Below the pieces are notes generated by a model. The model did not search any database, was not told where the DNA came from, and saw only the letters and a list, made by a program, of their open reading frames with translations. Position numbers and translations under genes: made by a program. 57,375 nt of DNA from Chitinophaga pinensis (lineage in GTDB: Bacteria; Bacteroidota; Bacteroidia; Chitinophagales; LD1): positions 1-57,375 of the forward strand of contig CAMBIM010000001.1 of the NCBI GenBank assembly GCA_945867505.1, read 5' to 3'. How positions within the stretch are numbered: the first letter of the stretch is position 1; every line of letters starts with the position of its first letter. Shown here piece by piece: positions 1-8,908 of the stretch.

Positions 1-38
1 GATGTTAGATAGATTTGAGATATTATCCAAAACAAAAA

Positions 39-63
39 AGCCTCGTTCAATTTGAACGAGGCT
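39..63 (-). terminator. Intrinsic terminator downstream of purH
   Basis: Inverted repeat agcctcgttcaa / ttgaacgaggct (39-50 / 52-63). On the minus strand it is followed by a T-run (plus-strand A-run 34-38). It lies about 24 nt past the purH stop. Confidence 0.7.
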
Positions 64-86
64 ATTTTGTTTTACGCGCATTGCTC

Positions 87-1607
87 TTAATGTTTAAAAT
101 GCCTTACTACAGTCATTACCATTGACTGATTGTTTTTGTTGGCGGCATCAATTGAGTCTTGGTCTTTAATGCTACCGCCCGGTTGAGCGATGGCAGTGAT
201 TCCCGCTTCGTGGGCAATTTGAACACAATCAGGGAATGGGAAGAAGGCATCGCTGGCCATAACAGAGCCGGTCAAATCGAAACCGAACTCTTTGGCTTTG
301 CGAACTGCATTTTGCAATGCATCTACGCGTGATGTCTGTCCGCAATTACTGCCTATAAGTTGTTTGTTTTTTGCCAGCGCAATACCGTTGCTCTTTAAAT
401 GTTTAACAGCAATTACTGCAAATTCTAAATCAGAAACTTCGGCTGCGGTTGGTGTTTTAGTAGTTGCAGTTTTAAACTGGCTTGACTTTTCAGCTGTAGA
501 ATCTGCATCCTGCTCTAAAACTCCATTCAATAAATTCTTGAAAATTTTAGTGGTAGCTACTTTTGTTTTTTGCTTAATCAGAATGCGATTCTTCTTTGAT
601 TTTAAAACAGCCAGCGCATCGTCATCATAATCGGGTGCGGTGAGCACTTCGAAGAAAAGAGAATTCATTTCGTTGGCGGTAGCCAAATCAATTTTGCGGT
701 TAGATGCAATTACTCCCCCGAAAGCCGAAGTAGTATCGCAGGCAAAAGCAGCTTTGTAGGCTTCAGCAATAGTTTCGCGTGAAGCAAGCCCGCAGCTGTT
801 GGTGTGTTTGATGATGGCAATAGTCGGTTCAGAAAATTCAGCAACAAGATTGATGGAAGCATCTACATCTACCAGGTTATTGTACGAAAGTTCTTTGCCG
901 TTCAGGATTTCAAAAATCTCATCGAGGTTACCGTAGAATACTCCGCGTTGATGTGGGTTCTCGCCATAGCGAAGCACCTTTGCATTCAGTTCGCTCTTTT
1001 TGAAAACTTCGAATTTGAATTCGTTGTTGAAGTAATTGAAGATAAGTGTATCGTAATGCGAAGAGGTCATGAAGGCTTTAGCAGCAAATTTCTTACGGTC
1101 TTCTAAATCGCTTTCTCCATTTTTAGTTTGAAGTAAGTCGAGCAATGATTCGTAATCGTTGCGGGTAGAAACTATGATGGTGTCGTTAAAGTTTTTTGCT
1201 GCGGCACGAATCAAAGAGATTCCACCAATGTCAATCTTCTCAATAATATCTTCTTCGCTTCCTCCGCTTTTCACCGTTTCTTCAAACGGATAGAGGTCAA
1301 CAATCACTAAATCAATTTCGGGAATTTCGTACTGCGCCATTTCTTTTTGGTCGCTGTCGTTATCTCTTCTTCCTAAAATACCTCCGAACACTTTCGGGTG
1401 AAGGGTCTTTACTCTTCCGCCTAAGATAGAAGGATAAGAAGTAAGGTCTTCAACAGCCGTAACTTTTACGCCAAGGCCTTCAATAAAACTTTGGGTGCCA
1501 CCAGTGCTGTAAATTTTTACATCGAGCTTGGCTAACTCTTTTACAATGAGGTCGAGTTTATCTTTATAATAAACGGAGATGAGGGCTGACTTTATTTTTT
1601 TGCGCAT
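87..1607 (-). CDS. purH: Bifunctional AICAR transformylase / IMP cyclohydrolase
   Basis: 506 aa. The N-terminal MGS-like domain (ALISVYYKDKL...STGGT...GGRVKTLHPKVFGGIL) and the C-terminal AICARFT region (LRYGENPHQ, KHTNSCG) are characteristic of PurH. Confidence 0.95.
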   Translation of the reverse strand: MRKKIKSALISVYYKDKLDLIVKELAKLDVKIYSTGGTQSFIEGLGVKVTAVEDLTSYPSILGGRVKTLHPKVFGGILGRRDNDSDQKEMAQYEIPEIDLVIVDLYPFEETVKSGGSEEDIIEKIDIGGISLIRAAAKNFNDTIIVSTRNDYESLLDLLQTKNGESDLEDRKKFAAKAFMTSSHYDTLIFNYFNNEFKFEVFKKSELNAKVLRYGENPHQRGVFYGNLDEIFEILNGKELSYNNLVDVDASINLVAEFSEPTIAIIKHTNSCGLASRETIAEAYKAAFACDTTSAFGGVIASNRKIDLATANEMNSLFFEVLTAPDYDDDALAVLKSKKNRILIKQKTKVATTKIFKNLLNGVLEQDADSTAEKSSQFKTATTKTPTAAEVSDLEFAVIAVKHLKSNGIALAKNKQLIGSNCGQTSRVDALQNAVRKAKEFGFDLTGSVMASDAFFPFPDCVQIAHEAGITAIAQPGGSIKDQDSIDAANKNNQSMVMTVVRHFKH

Positions 1608-1650
1608 GGTTGAGGATGAGTTTTGTAATGCGCGCGAATGTATCCGCCAA

Positions 1651-1685
1651 TTTTAGATTTCGGATTTTAGATTTTGGATTTTTAG
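1651..1685. repeat. Tandem 14-nt repeat in the purH-lpxD intergenic region
   Basis: ttttagatttcgga (1651-1664), ttttagattttgga (1665-1678), then a partial tttttag. Confidence 0.6.
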
Positions 1686-1701
1686 TAACAGGTTTTCCAC
1701 C

Positions 1702-2637
1702 CTACAGATTCTTCAACTTCTCCCAAAGCTCGGGCAGCTTCTTAATTATAGCTACTTGTTTAGCGAAGGTGCGGGCTTCTACTGCCGGATAACCGATGTA
1801 AGTTTTTCCTCCTTCTAAATTATTTGGCACGGCAGAGGTTGCCATTACAATGGCATCATCACCGATGGTGATGTTTTTGTTTACCGCTACTTTACCGTAG
1901 AGCGTTACGCGGTTGCCTATTTTGGTGTTGCCCGCAATACCCACCTGCGCGGCAATAATGCAGTGCTCGCCAATTTTTACATCGTGGCCAATATGCACCT
2001 GGTCATCGAGCTTCGTGCCTTTGCCAATAAAAGTATCGCTGCTAACACCGGCATCAATAGTAGTGCCTGCGCCAATTTCTACATCATCGGCAATTACCAC
2101 GCGCCCTGCGCTGTGCATTTTGGTGTAGTGCGGTTTGTGGCGTTTGTAATAAAACGCATCGCCACCAACGGTGGTGTTGGCGTGGATGATAACGTTGTCG
2201 CCAATTTGAGTGTAGGCGTAAATAGTAGCGTTGGGGTGAATAACACAGTTGTTGCCTATGGTCACTTCTTCGCCAATAAAAGCATTGGGGTAAACAAATG
2301 TGCCTTCGCCAATTTTAGCCGTTGCACCAATATTGTTGGTAGTTCTTACTTCGGGCTTGAACCGTTCGGCTAAATAATTATAAGCCTCGAAGGGATTAGC
2401 GTTATAAAACAACACCTTGCCTTCTACCACTTCTATCTTCTTATTAATAATAATGAAAGAGGCTTTTGACTTGAGTGTGAAATCGTAATACTTCTCGTGG
2501 TCAACAAAAGTGATGTCGCCTTCTTCTACGTTATGAATTTCGTTCAGTCCTTTAACCAGTGCGTTTTCATCGCCAATAAGTTCGGAGTTGGTCCATGCGG
2601 CAATTTGTTTAGCAGTGATTGGTTCTTTGAGTTTCAT
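1702..2637 (-). CDS. lpxD: UDP-3-O-acylglucosamine N-acyltransferase
   Basis: Left-handed beta-helix hexapeptide repeats run through the C-terminal two thirds, and the N-terminus reads MKLKEPITAKQIAAW...GD as in LpxD. I chose the ATG at 2637 over the longer ORF start at 2700 because the extension looks non-native. Confidence 0.85.
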   Translation of the reverse strand: MKLKEPITAKQIAAWTNSELIGDENALVKGLNEIHNVEEGDITFVDHEKYYDFTLKSKASFIIINKKIEVVEGKVLFYNANPFEAYNYLAERFKPEVRTTNNIGATAKIGEGTFVYPNAFIGEEVTIGNNCVIHPNATIYAYTQIGDNVIIHANTTVGGDAFYYKRHKPHYTKMHSAGRVVIADDVEIGAGTTIDAGVSSDTFIGKGTKLDDQVHIGHDVKIGEHCIIAAQVGIAGNTKIGNRVTLYGKVAVNKNITIGDDAIVMATSAVPNNLEGGKTYIGYPAVEARTFAKQVAIIKKLPELWEKLKNL

Positions 2638-2727
2638 GGGGTGAATATAAAAGCTATTGCCAGTCCACAATTCGCCATTCCAAACTTTCACTTTCTCCAT
2701 TACATTCGCCCCTGCTAAAAAATATAT

Positions 2728-3831
2728 ATGACCAACAGCTCAACATCTACCGTTAAAGAAACCGCCCTTACGCAATTGCATATTCAACTCGGAGCCAAGA
2801 TGGCGGAGTTTGCGGGTTATAATATGCCTATCAGTTACAGCACCATTACTGCCGAGCACAATGCCATACGCAACAGCGTGGGTGTGTTTGATGTAAGCCA
2901 CATGGGCGAGTTCAGGCTGAAAGGCGATAAGGCGCTGGACCTGATACAGCGCGTTACGAGCAACGATGCTTCGAAGCTGACGGATGGAAAAATTCAGTAT
3001 AGCTGTCTGCCGAACGATAAGGGCGGCATTGTAGATGACCTGTTGGTTTACCGCTATAACGAAACCGAATATTACTTAGTGGTGAACGCTTCGAACATTG
3101 AGAAGGACTGGAACTGGATTAGCCAGCACAATACTGCCGGTGTAGAAATGGTTAACATGAGCGATGATATGAGTCTGCTTGCGGTGCAGGGGCCAAACGC
3201 TATTAAGACTTTGCAGAAGCTGACCAGTGTAGATTTAAGCACTATACCTTATTACGCTTTTACGGTAGGCAGCATAGCGGGTATTGACCATGTGATTATA
3301 TCGAACACGGGATACACTGGTGCCGGTGGTTTTGAGTTGTATGTAATGAATAACGATGCGCGCAAACTATGGGATGCTGTGTTTGAAGCGGGTGCAGAGT
3401 TTGGCATTTTGCCTTGCGGTTTAGGTTGCCGCGATACGCTGCGTTTAGAAAAAGGATTCTGCCTTTACGGTCATGATATTGATGATACCACCTCGCCAAT
3501 AGAAGCAGGCTTGGGATGGATTACCAAATTCACCAAGAGCTTTATTAATTCCGATTATCATTTAGCGATAAAAGAAAACGGCCCTAAGAAGAAACTGGTT
3601 GGTTTCGAAATTACGGAGAAAGGAAAAATACCGCGTCAGCATTTTAAAATTAAAGATGCAGCGGGTAACGAGATTGGAGAAGTAACTTCGGGCACACAGT
3701 CGCCTACCTTGGGTAAGGCTATTGGTATGGCTTATGTAAAAACAGAATTCAGTGCTATCGGTTCTGAAGTTTTTGTAGACATCCGCAATACACCTATTAA
3801 GGCAACGGTGGTGAAGACTCCGTTTTTGTAA
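2728..3831 (+). CDS. gcvT: Glycine cleavage system aminomethyltransferase T
   Basis: 367 aa with typical GcvT motifs: [51 protein letters not shown]. Confidence 0.95.
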   Translation: MTNSSTSTVKETALTQLHIQLGAKMAEFAGYNMPISYSTITAEHNAIRNSVGVFDVSHMGEFRLKGDKALDLIQRVTSNDASKLTDGKIQYSCLPNDKGGIVDDLLVYRYNETEYYLVVNASNIEKDWNWISQHNTAGVEMVNMSDDMSLLAVQGPNAIKTLQKLTSVDLSTIPYYAFTVGSIAGIDHVIISNTGYTGAGGFELYVMNNDARKLWDAVFEAGAEFGILPCGLGCRDTLRLEKGFCLYGHDIDDTTSPIEAGLGWITKFTKSFINSDYHLAIKENGPKKKLVGFEITEKGKIPRQHFKIKDAAGNEIGEVTSGTQSPTLGKAIGMAYVKTEFSAIGSEVFVDIRNTPIKATVVKTPFL

Positions 3832-3863
3832 ACCCCTAAATCCCCTAAAGGGGACTTAACAAC

Positions 3864-5108
3864 ATGGCTATCATTAAACCCTTTGAGGCGGTTCGTCCGC
3901 AGCCGGAGTTTGCGGCAGAAGTTTCTTCGTTGCCTTACGATGTAATGAACACTGCCGAAGCGCGGCAGATGGCGGAGAAAAATGAAAAATCTTTTTTGCA
4001 TGTAAGCCGTGCCGAAATAGATTTTCCGGAAGGAATTGACGAACACTCGCAGGAAGTTTACGACCGCGCTCGCGATAACTTTTACAAGTTTATGGAAGAT
4101 GGCACGCTGTTTCAGGAGGCGTATGCGTCATTGTATATCTATCAACAAAACATGCAGGGCAGAACGCAAACCGGTTTGGTAGCGTGCAGCAGTATTGAAG
4201 ATTATTTTAATGACGTAATCAAGAAGCATGAACTAACACGACCGGAAAAGGAAGAAGACCGTATCCGCCACATGGAAACTTTGCAGGCGCATGTGGGGCC
4301 TATCTTTTTGACCTATCCTAAGAATAATGAGGTAGATGAGATTATACTTTCGATAACCGACAACGAGGAACCGGTTTATAATATTTTGACGAAAGACGGT
4401 GTGCGTCATGCGGTGTGGTTGATATTAGATAAAGACAAAACCGACCAACTGGTTTCTATTTTCGAAAATAAAATTCCTTTCACTTACATAGCCGATGGTC
4501 ATCATCGCACGGCTTCTGCCGCTAAGGTTGGTTTGAAGATGAAGGAGCAGAACCCTAACCATGACGGAACAGAAGATTATAATTTCTTTCTCTCCGTTCT
4601 CTTCCCTGCCGATCAGTTGCAGATTATGGATTACAACCGGGTGGTGAAAGATTTGGATGGTTTAAGCGATGAAGCGTTCTTAGATAAGATAATTACGAAT
4701 TACGAATTACGAATTACGAATTATGAAAACGCGAAACCAACAAAACGCCATCAACTAGCTATGTATCTTTCCGGCAAGTGGTATCAATTGGAAGCGAAAG
4801 AAAAAATTATTAAGAGTGACCCGATTGGAGTTTTAGATGTAACCATTTTGGATGAAAATGTGTTGAACCCGTTGCTTGGAATAAAAGATGTGCGCACCGA
4901 TAAGCGGATAGATTTTATTGGCGGCATTCGCGGATTAGAAGCACTACAAGAAAGAGTAGATAGTGGCGAAATGAAAGTTGCCTTTGCGCTTTATCCGGTT
5001 TCGTTACAACAACTAATAGACATTGCCGACAGCGGGAAAATTATGCCGCCTAAATCAACCTGGTTTGAACCTAAGTTGAGAGATGGGTTGTTTTCGCATT
5101 TGTTTTAA
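3864..5108 (+). CDS. DUF1015 family protein
   Basis: 414 aa. The N-terminus MAIIKPFEAVRP...SLPYDVM and the ADGHHR motif match my recollection of DUF1015. It starts 32 nt after gcvT, so it is probably co-transcribed. Confidence 0.7.
   Translation: MAIIKPFEAVRPQPEFAAEVSSLPYDVMNTAEARQMAEKNEKSFLHVSRAEIDFPEGIDEHSQEVYDRARDNFYKFMEDGTLFQEAYASLYIYQQNMQGRTQTGLVACSSIEDYFNDVIKKHELTRPEKEEDRIRHMETLQAHVGPIFLTYPKNNEVDEIILSITDNEEPVYNILTKDGVRHAVWLILDKDKTDQLVSIFENKIPFTYIADGHHRTASAAKVGLKMKEQNPNHDGTEDYNFFLSVLFPADQLQIMDYNRVVKDLDGLSDEAFLDKIITNYELRITNYENAKPTKRHQLAMYLSGKWYQLEAKEKIIKSDPIGVLDVTILDENVLNPLLGIKDVRTDKRIDFIGGIRGLEALQERVDSGEMKVAFALYPVSLQQLIDIADSGKIMPPKSTWFEPKLRDGLFSHLF
4691..4725 (+). repeat. Heptanucleotide microsatellite (aattacg x4 plus aattatg) inside the DUF1015 CDS
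   Basis: Read directly as aattacg aattacg aattacg aattacg aattatg. It encodes ITNYELRITNYEN. Confidence 0.9.
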
Positions 5109-5114
5109 ATAAGA

Positions 5115-5148
5115 AGACCTGCCGGATTTTTTAAAACCCGGCAGGTCT
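5115..5148. terminator. Bidirectional terminator between convergent genes
   Basis: Stem agacctgccgg / ccggcaggtct with an AT-rich loop, between the stops at 5108 (+) and 5168 (-). Confidence 0.75.
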
Positions 5149-5167
5149 GTATTACACCTACGGCACT

Positions 5168-6787
5168 TTATTTCTGCACAACCACCTTACCGGATATTCT
5201 TCCCTGCGTATTTGATTTAGCGGTTATAGCATATTGGTAAATTCCATTCTCTAAACCTTCCATAGAAATAGTTTTGCTAGCGCTATTAAGGTTTGCGTTC
5301 AGCAAATTTCTACCTAGTGCATCAAACAAATGAAACTCGTATTCTTCAACAGTTTTAAAATCTAAACCCGCAATTCTTATTTCGCTGTTTGCCGGGTTAG
5401 GATAAATAGTAACCGGATTTGTTTGAGCGTTTACAGTTTCTATTCCGGTTACGCTTCCAACTACACTATCCAAAACGGCCAACAGAGGCGAGCCTGATTT
5501 TATAAAAACAGGAAACTCACCAATAGGTATGTTGATAGAGTTAAAGGGGCCGCTGTAAACCTGTGCGTTATTAAAAAGATACGTCCAATCGCCTGTAGGA
5601 AAATCAAGGGTAATGCTGTTAGCAGAGCTTAACATCGGTGCTACAAAAATATCGCTACCCAGCATGTAGCTGTAGTCGGTGCTATTAAGAAATTGCATGA
5701 GGGATTGAGTAGCTGGAAATAAAGAATCGGCTTGGTGCATCAGGTAAGGAATCATAGCTTGGTGAAGACGCGTAAACTTGTTATAGATGTTATCGGTTTG
5801 CTGGTCGAACATCCACGGGCGGTGTTCACCTCCGCCTCCGTTTTCCATCAGCGGACTGAAAGCACCCAGTTGCGCCCAACGGATGAACAGGTCTTTATCC
5901 CTTCCTCCCGGTACCGGTTCTTCGCGGTAGCCTCCAATATCGGAACCAACCACCAGATAATTATTTACATCGCTCTGATACATATTGTTCAACGCGTTTT
6001 TCATTCCGTCAAATGTAGCATCTTGGTCGCCCACCCAGCAGGCAAAACCAATATCGCGCGGAGTAAACGCCACTAAGTTAGGGTCGGTAATAAATGCATA
6101 GCCGTAATTATCTACCGGTCGCGACATATTAGCGCGGTCGTTGCCCAATCGCTGGCGCGTATAATCATAATACAAGCGATAATAAGCATGAGAGTATTGC
6201 AACCGGGTAATAGCAGCACTTTGGCCGGGAGAGTAAAGCGCGTTGCCAAGAAGAACAGAGTAATCTGTTCCATCACACTTCCATCCGTCAATGCCAAGGT
6301 CAAGCGTTTTGTCCATCAAGGTCTTCCACCATGCTACTGCATCGGGATTAAAAAAATCAATCATGCTGCCATCACCCTTCCACCAGTTAATAACCGCAGA
6401 GCCTGAACCGGCATTTGCTTTCATGAAATAACCCATCGAATCAGCATAGTTCCAAAGTTCCGGCACATCGGTATTTATAGCCGTAGTAGTCCAAACAATA
6501 ACTTTTACGCCACGCGCATGAAAAGAATCAACCATGGCTTGGGCATCAGGAAAAAGTGCTGTATCAAATTCGAAGGTGTTGTAGCCAGTTTCCCATGGGC
6601 TATCTATAATGATTGCACCTACTGGTATGTTATGCGTCAGGTAATCATCCACTAACTGCAAAGCACTGTGCTGGTTGCTTTCATCTTCCCAAACCCAATG
6701 TTCAAAAACAAACTGTGGGCAGGTTGATTGCGCGGTTACTGATTTACTGAAAATGCTGATGACAAGAAGTAGTAAAACATTTTTCAT
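5168..6787 (-). CDS. Secreted glycoside hydrolase family 31-like enzyme with a T9SS C-terminal sorting domain
   Basis: Signal peptide MKNVLLLLVISIFSKSVTAQ. GH31-like catalytic-region motifs GIDGWKCDGTD and VGSDIGGY. The C-terminal roughly 80 aa (VTIYPNPANSEIRIAGL...GIYQYAI...) resemble a T9SS type A CTD. Start taken at the ATG at 6787. Confidence 0.75.
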   Translation of the reverse strand: MKNVLLLLVISIFSKSVTAQSTCPQFVFEHWVWEDESNQHSALQLVDDYLTHNIPVGAIIIDSPWETGYNTFEFDTALFPDAQAMVDSFHARGVKVIVWTTTAINTDVPELWNYADSMGYFMKANAGSGSAVINWWKGDGSMIDFFNPDAVAWWKTLMDKTLDLGIDGWKCDGTDYSVLLGNALYSPGQSAAITRLQYSHAYYRLYYDYTRQRLGNDRANMSRPVDNYGYAFITDPNLVAFTPRDIGFACWVGDQDATFDGMKNALNNMYQSDVNNYLVVGSDIGGYREEPVPGGRDKDLFIRWAQLGAFSPLMENGGGGEHRPWMFDQQTDNIYNKFTRLHQAMIPYLMHQADSLFPATQSLMQFLNSTDYSYMLGSDIFVAPMLSSANSITLDFPTGDWTYLFNNAQVYSGPFNSINIPIGEFPVFIKSGSPLLAVLDSVVGSVTGIETVNAQTNPVTIYPNPANSEIRIAGLDFKTVEEYEFHLFDALGRNLLNANLNSASKTISMEGLENGIYQYAITAKSNTQGRISGKVVVQK

Positions 6788-6817
6788 TTTGAGCGATTTT
6801 AGTTTGGAATGAAAACC

Positions 6818-6887
6818 AGCCACTAATTATACGAATTATGGTTGAAGCACCAACTCTTAATTTTTTTTATTCGTGTAATTAGTGGCT
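6818..6887. repeat. 19-bp inverted repeat (1 mismatch) between the PhoD-like and GH31-like genes
   Basis: agccactaattatacgaat (6818-6836) pairs with attcgtgtaattagtggct (6869-6887), with a 32-nt spacer. It probably acts as the terminator of the upstream minus-strand gene. A 15-mer from the right arm recurs at 8853-8867. Confidence 0.7.
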
Positions 6888-6895
6888 CTAATTTT

Positions 6896-8779
6896 TTAGT
6901 TGATTTTAATAACACTCTCACTTACCGAAGAGCTTTTGCCTTTCAGTTTAATGAAGTAAAAACCCGAAGGAAATTTACTGCCGTCAAACTGCGCATGGTT
7001 AAGGCCTTCGCTCACCAAACCTAAATTCTGTTTCAACATCAATACCCCGTTGGTGCTCCAAACTTCTAAAGTAACTTCTTCGCTTTTGTACGTATTAAAC
7101 TGAATCATCAGTTCATTAAAAAACGGATTGGGGTGAACCATCACCGTAGTAATGTTATTGGCTATATTTCTTATGGCTGTAGTTAAAGAAGTATGCGGAG
7201 CAAGTGCCGGGTATGTATTCAATGCTGATGAAGGTGTATTGTTTTCGCGCAAAAATCTTTCACCATCATTTACATACCACGAGGGCGTTGTGCTTACTGT
7301 ATACGTTTGTGATTTTACGCTTGACATGTAAACAAAATCACCTTGCGTGCGCGATGGAGTAATGTCTAACACATAGTAACCATGCAAAGTCAAATCTACA
7401 TAGCGCACATAATCTGCTAACGAGTAAATAGTAGATTCTGTAACCAACTGCGGCAACTCGTTACCCGATGAAATACTTGGTGTAACAAATTCTACCCCCA
7501 CCGAATTATTTCTATTCTGTGCATCGTAACCCGGTAGCGGCAAATCGTTAGCCCACGAGGTATGAATATCACCCGTAAGCACCACCACGTTATTAATATT
7601 ATGGTTAATAATATGATTATATAACCTGTCGCGGTCAAAAGGGTAGCCATCCCATTGGTCAGAATTTATCATTACTGCCGAAGAGCCGAGTAAGCCAGCC
7701 GGAACAACCAGCGGAGTCATAATTACCTGTTGCCCTAAAAGCTGCCATTTAGCTGTAGAGCTATCTAAATTATGTTCCAGCCAATCAAACTGAACGGGCC
7801 CAAGCATGTTACGCGTAGAATCCTGAATAAGCGAATCGGAAGTAGGAACAAACTGTGCAGAGGTTACTTGCTTACTGCGGTCATATAAACGGGTGTCAAT
7901 CATATTTAGGTCAGCTAAATCGCCCCAGGTAAAACGTCTGAAAATTTTAAACGTATCGTCTACATCCGGCTGACGAATAGGCAACCATTCAAAATAGGCT
8001 TTTACGGCATTTACTTTCCGTTGATACCAATCTCCGTCACCCACGCTATGGTTTTTTGCGCCATCCTTATAAGAGTTATTGGCGGTTTCATGATCATCCC
8101 AAACGCAAATCCATGGATACTGCTGATGCGCTGCCTGCAAATCTGCATCGAGGTGATATTGCGACTGACGCATACGATATTCAATTTCCAAAACTGTTTT
8201 GTTGTCAGGTTCATGAAAGCGGTCGCCAACCGGTGCAGCTATTGCGCCACCTTCGTAAGTGTAATCGCCCAAAAACAAAACGGCATCTATATCATTTCGC
8301 TCACTTAAATGGCGGTGTGCGTTATAAAATCCATCCTGATAATCCTGACAACTGGCTACAGCAAAGCGCAAATTATTTACTGCACCTACCGGCAGCGTTC
8401 GGGTTCTGCCAATAATAGATTTGAAAGTATCATAAGCAAACCGGTAGCAATACCAAGTGCCTGCCTGTAAACCGGTGGCATCTACTTTAATAGTATAATC
8501 CTTTGTGCTATCGGTATTTGCCGTTCCGTTGGCAATAATGCTAGTAAAAGATGTATCGGTAGCAATTTGCCAGTTTACAGAAACCGGGTCAACCACCGGG
8601 TCGAGGGTAATCCGCGTCCAGATGATAACTCTATCGGCCAATGGGTCACCCGAAGCTACACCATGATAGAATGGATAAAGCGCAGGATTAAGTTGGGAGC
8701 GCGATTCACCGGTAGGCGATTGTGCGGATGCTGCAACAAAAAATAAAAGGGTAGATAAAAGAAGGGAAAGGTGTTTCAT
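6896..8779 (-). CDS. Secreted PhoD-family alkaline phosphatase / phosphodiesterase with a T9SS C-terminal sorting domain
   Basis: Signal peptide MKHLSLLLSTLLFFVAASAQ. PhoD-like N-terminal domain (FYHGVASGDPLADRVIIWTR). Metallophosphatase motifs LFLGDYTYE, VWDDHE and LTGDIHTSW. CTD-like tail (VHPNPFFNELMIQF...GFYFIKL). Start taken at the ATG at 8779 rather than the extension to 8896. Confidence 0.8.
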   Translation of the reverse strand: MKHLSLLLSTLLFFVAASAQSPTGESRSQLNPALYPFYHGVASGDPLADRVIIWTRITLDPVVDPVSVNWQIATDTSFTSIIANGTANTDSTKDYTIKVDATGLQAGTWYCYRFAYDTFKSIIGRTRTLPVGAVNNLRFAVASCQDYQDGFYNAHRHLSERNDIDAVLFLGDYTYEGGAIAAPVGDRFHEPDNKTVLEIEYRMRQSQYHLDADLQAAHQQYPWICVWDDHETANNSYKDGAKNHSVGDGDWYQRKVNAVKAYFEWLPIRQPDVDDTFKIFRRFTWGDLADLNMIDTRLYDRSKQVTSAQFVPTSDSLIQDSTRNMLGPVQFDWLEHNLDSSTAKWQLLGQQVIMTPLVVPAGLLGSSAVMINSDQWDGYPFDRDRLYNHIINHNINNVVVLTGDIHTSWANDLPLPGYDAQNRNNSVGVEFVTPSISSGNELPQLVTESTIYSLADYVRYVDLTLHGYYVLDITPSRTQGDFVYMSSVKSQTYTVSTTPSWYVNDGERFLRENNTPSSALNTYPALAPHTSLTTAIRNIANNITTVMVHPNPFFNELMIQFNTYKSEEVTLEVWSTNGVLMLKQNLGLVSEGLNHAQFDGSKFPSGFYFIKLKGKSSSVSESVIKIN

Positions 8780-8881
8780 GGAAATAAATTGAAAACGAAA
8801 GGTAAGAAAGAAATTGCCGCGAATTGCACGAATTAAAAAGCAACAGAAATTAGTGTAATTAGTGGCTGTAAGTTTGAATTC

Positions 8882-8889
8882 TATCTTTG
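8882..8889 (+). promoter_or_regulatory. Candidate Bacteroidota -7 promoter box (TAtcTTTG)
   Basis: Exact TAnnTTTG match 20 nt upstream of the ATG at 8909. A second match, taagtttg, lies at 8869-8876. Confidence 0.4.
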
Positions 8890-8908
8890 GCATCATAAAA
8901 AACTATAG

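Noticed and set aside
2700-2712. 13-mer ttacattcgcccc shared by the gcvT upstream region (2700-2712) and the THX upstream region (24282-24294), at similar distances from the ATG
   Set aside because: By a rough estimate, tens of 13-mer coincidences are expected by chance in 57 kb on both strands. The shared part probably just reflects a TAnnTTcG variant of the -7 box. It is not strong enough to call a regulatory motif.
2638-2727. Glycine riboswitch upstream of gcvT, and a SAM riboswitch upstream of the Cys/Met PLP enzyme (8780-8908)
   Set aside because: I read both leaders and found none of the conserved cores, such as GGAGAG...CACCG for glycine or the GAGGGA...GCAACC-type elements for SAM-I. 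The leaders are short and AT-rich, with only promoter-like boxes.
8780-8896. N-terminal extensions of several ORF-track calls (PhoD-like to 8896, ACAD to 43410, hydroxylase to 44829, lpxD to 2700, HU to 23781, THX to 24253, DUF374 to 37342)
   Set aside because: In each case an internal ATG starts a canonical N-terminus, either a signal peptide or a conserved family start. The extension would overlap a neighbouring gene or promoter region, or would add non-homologous sequence.
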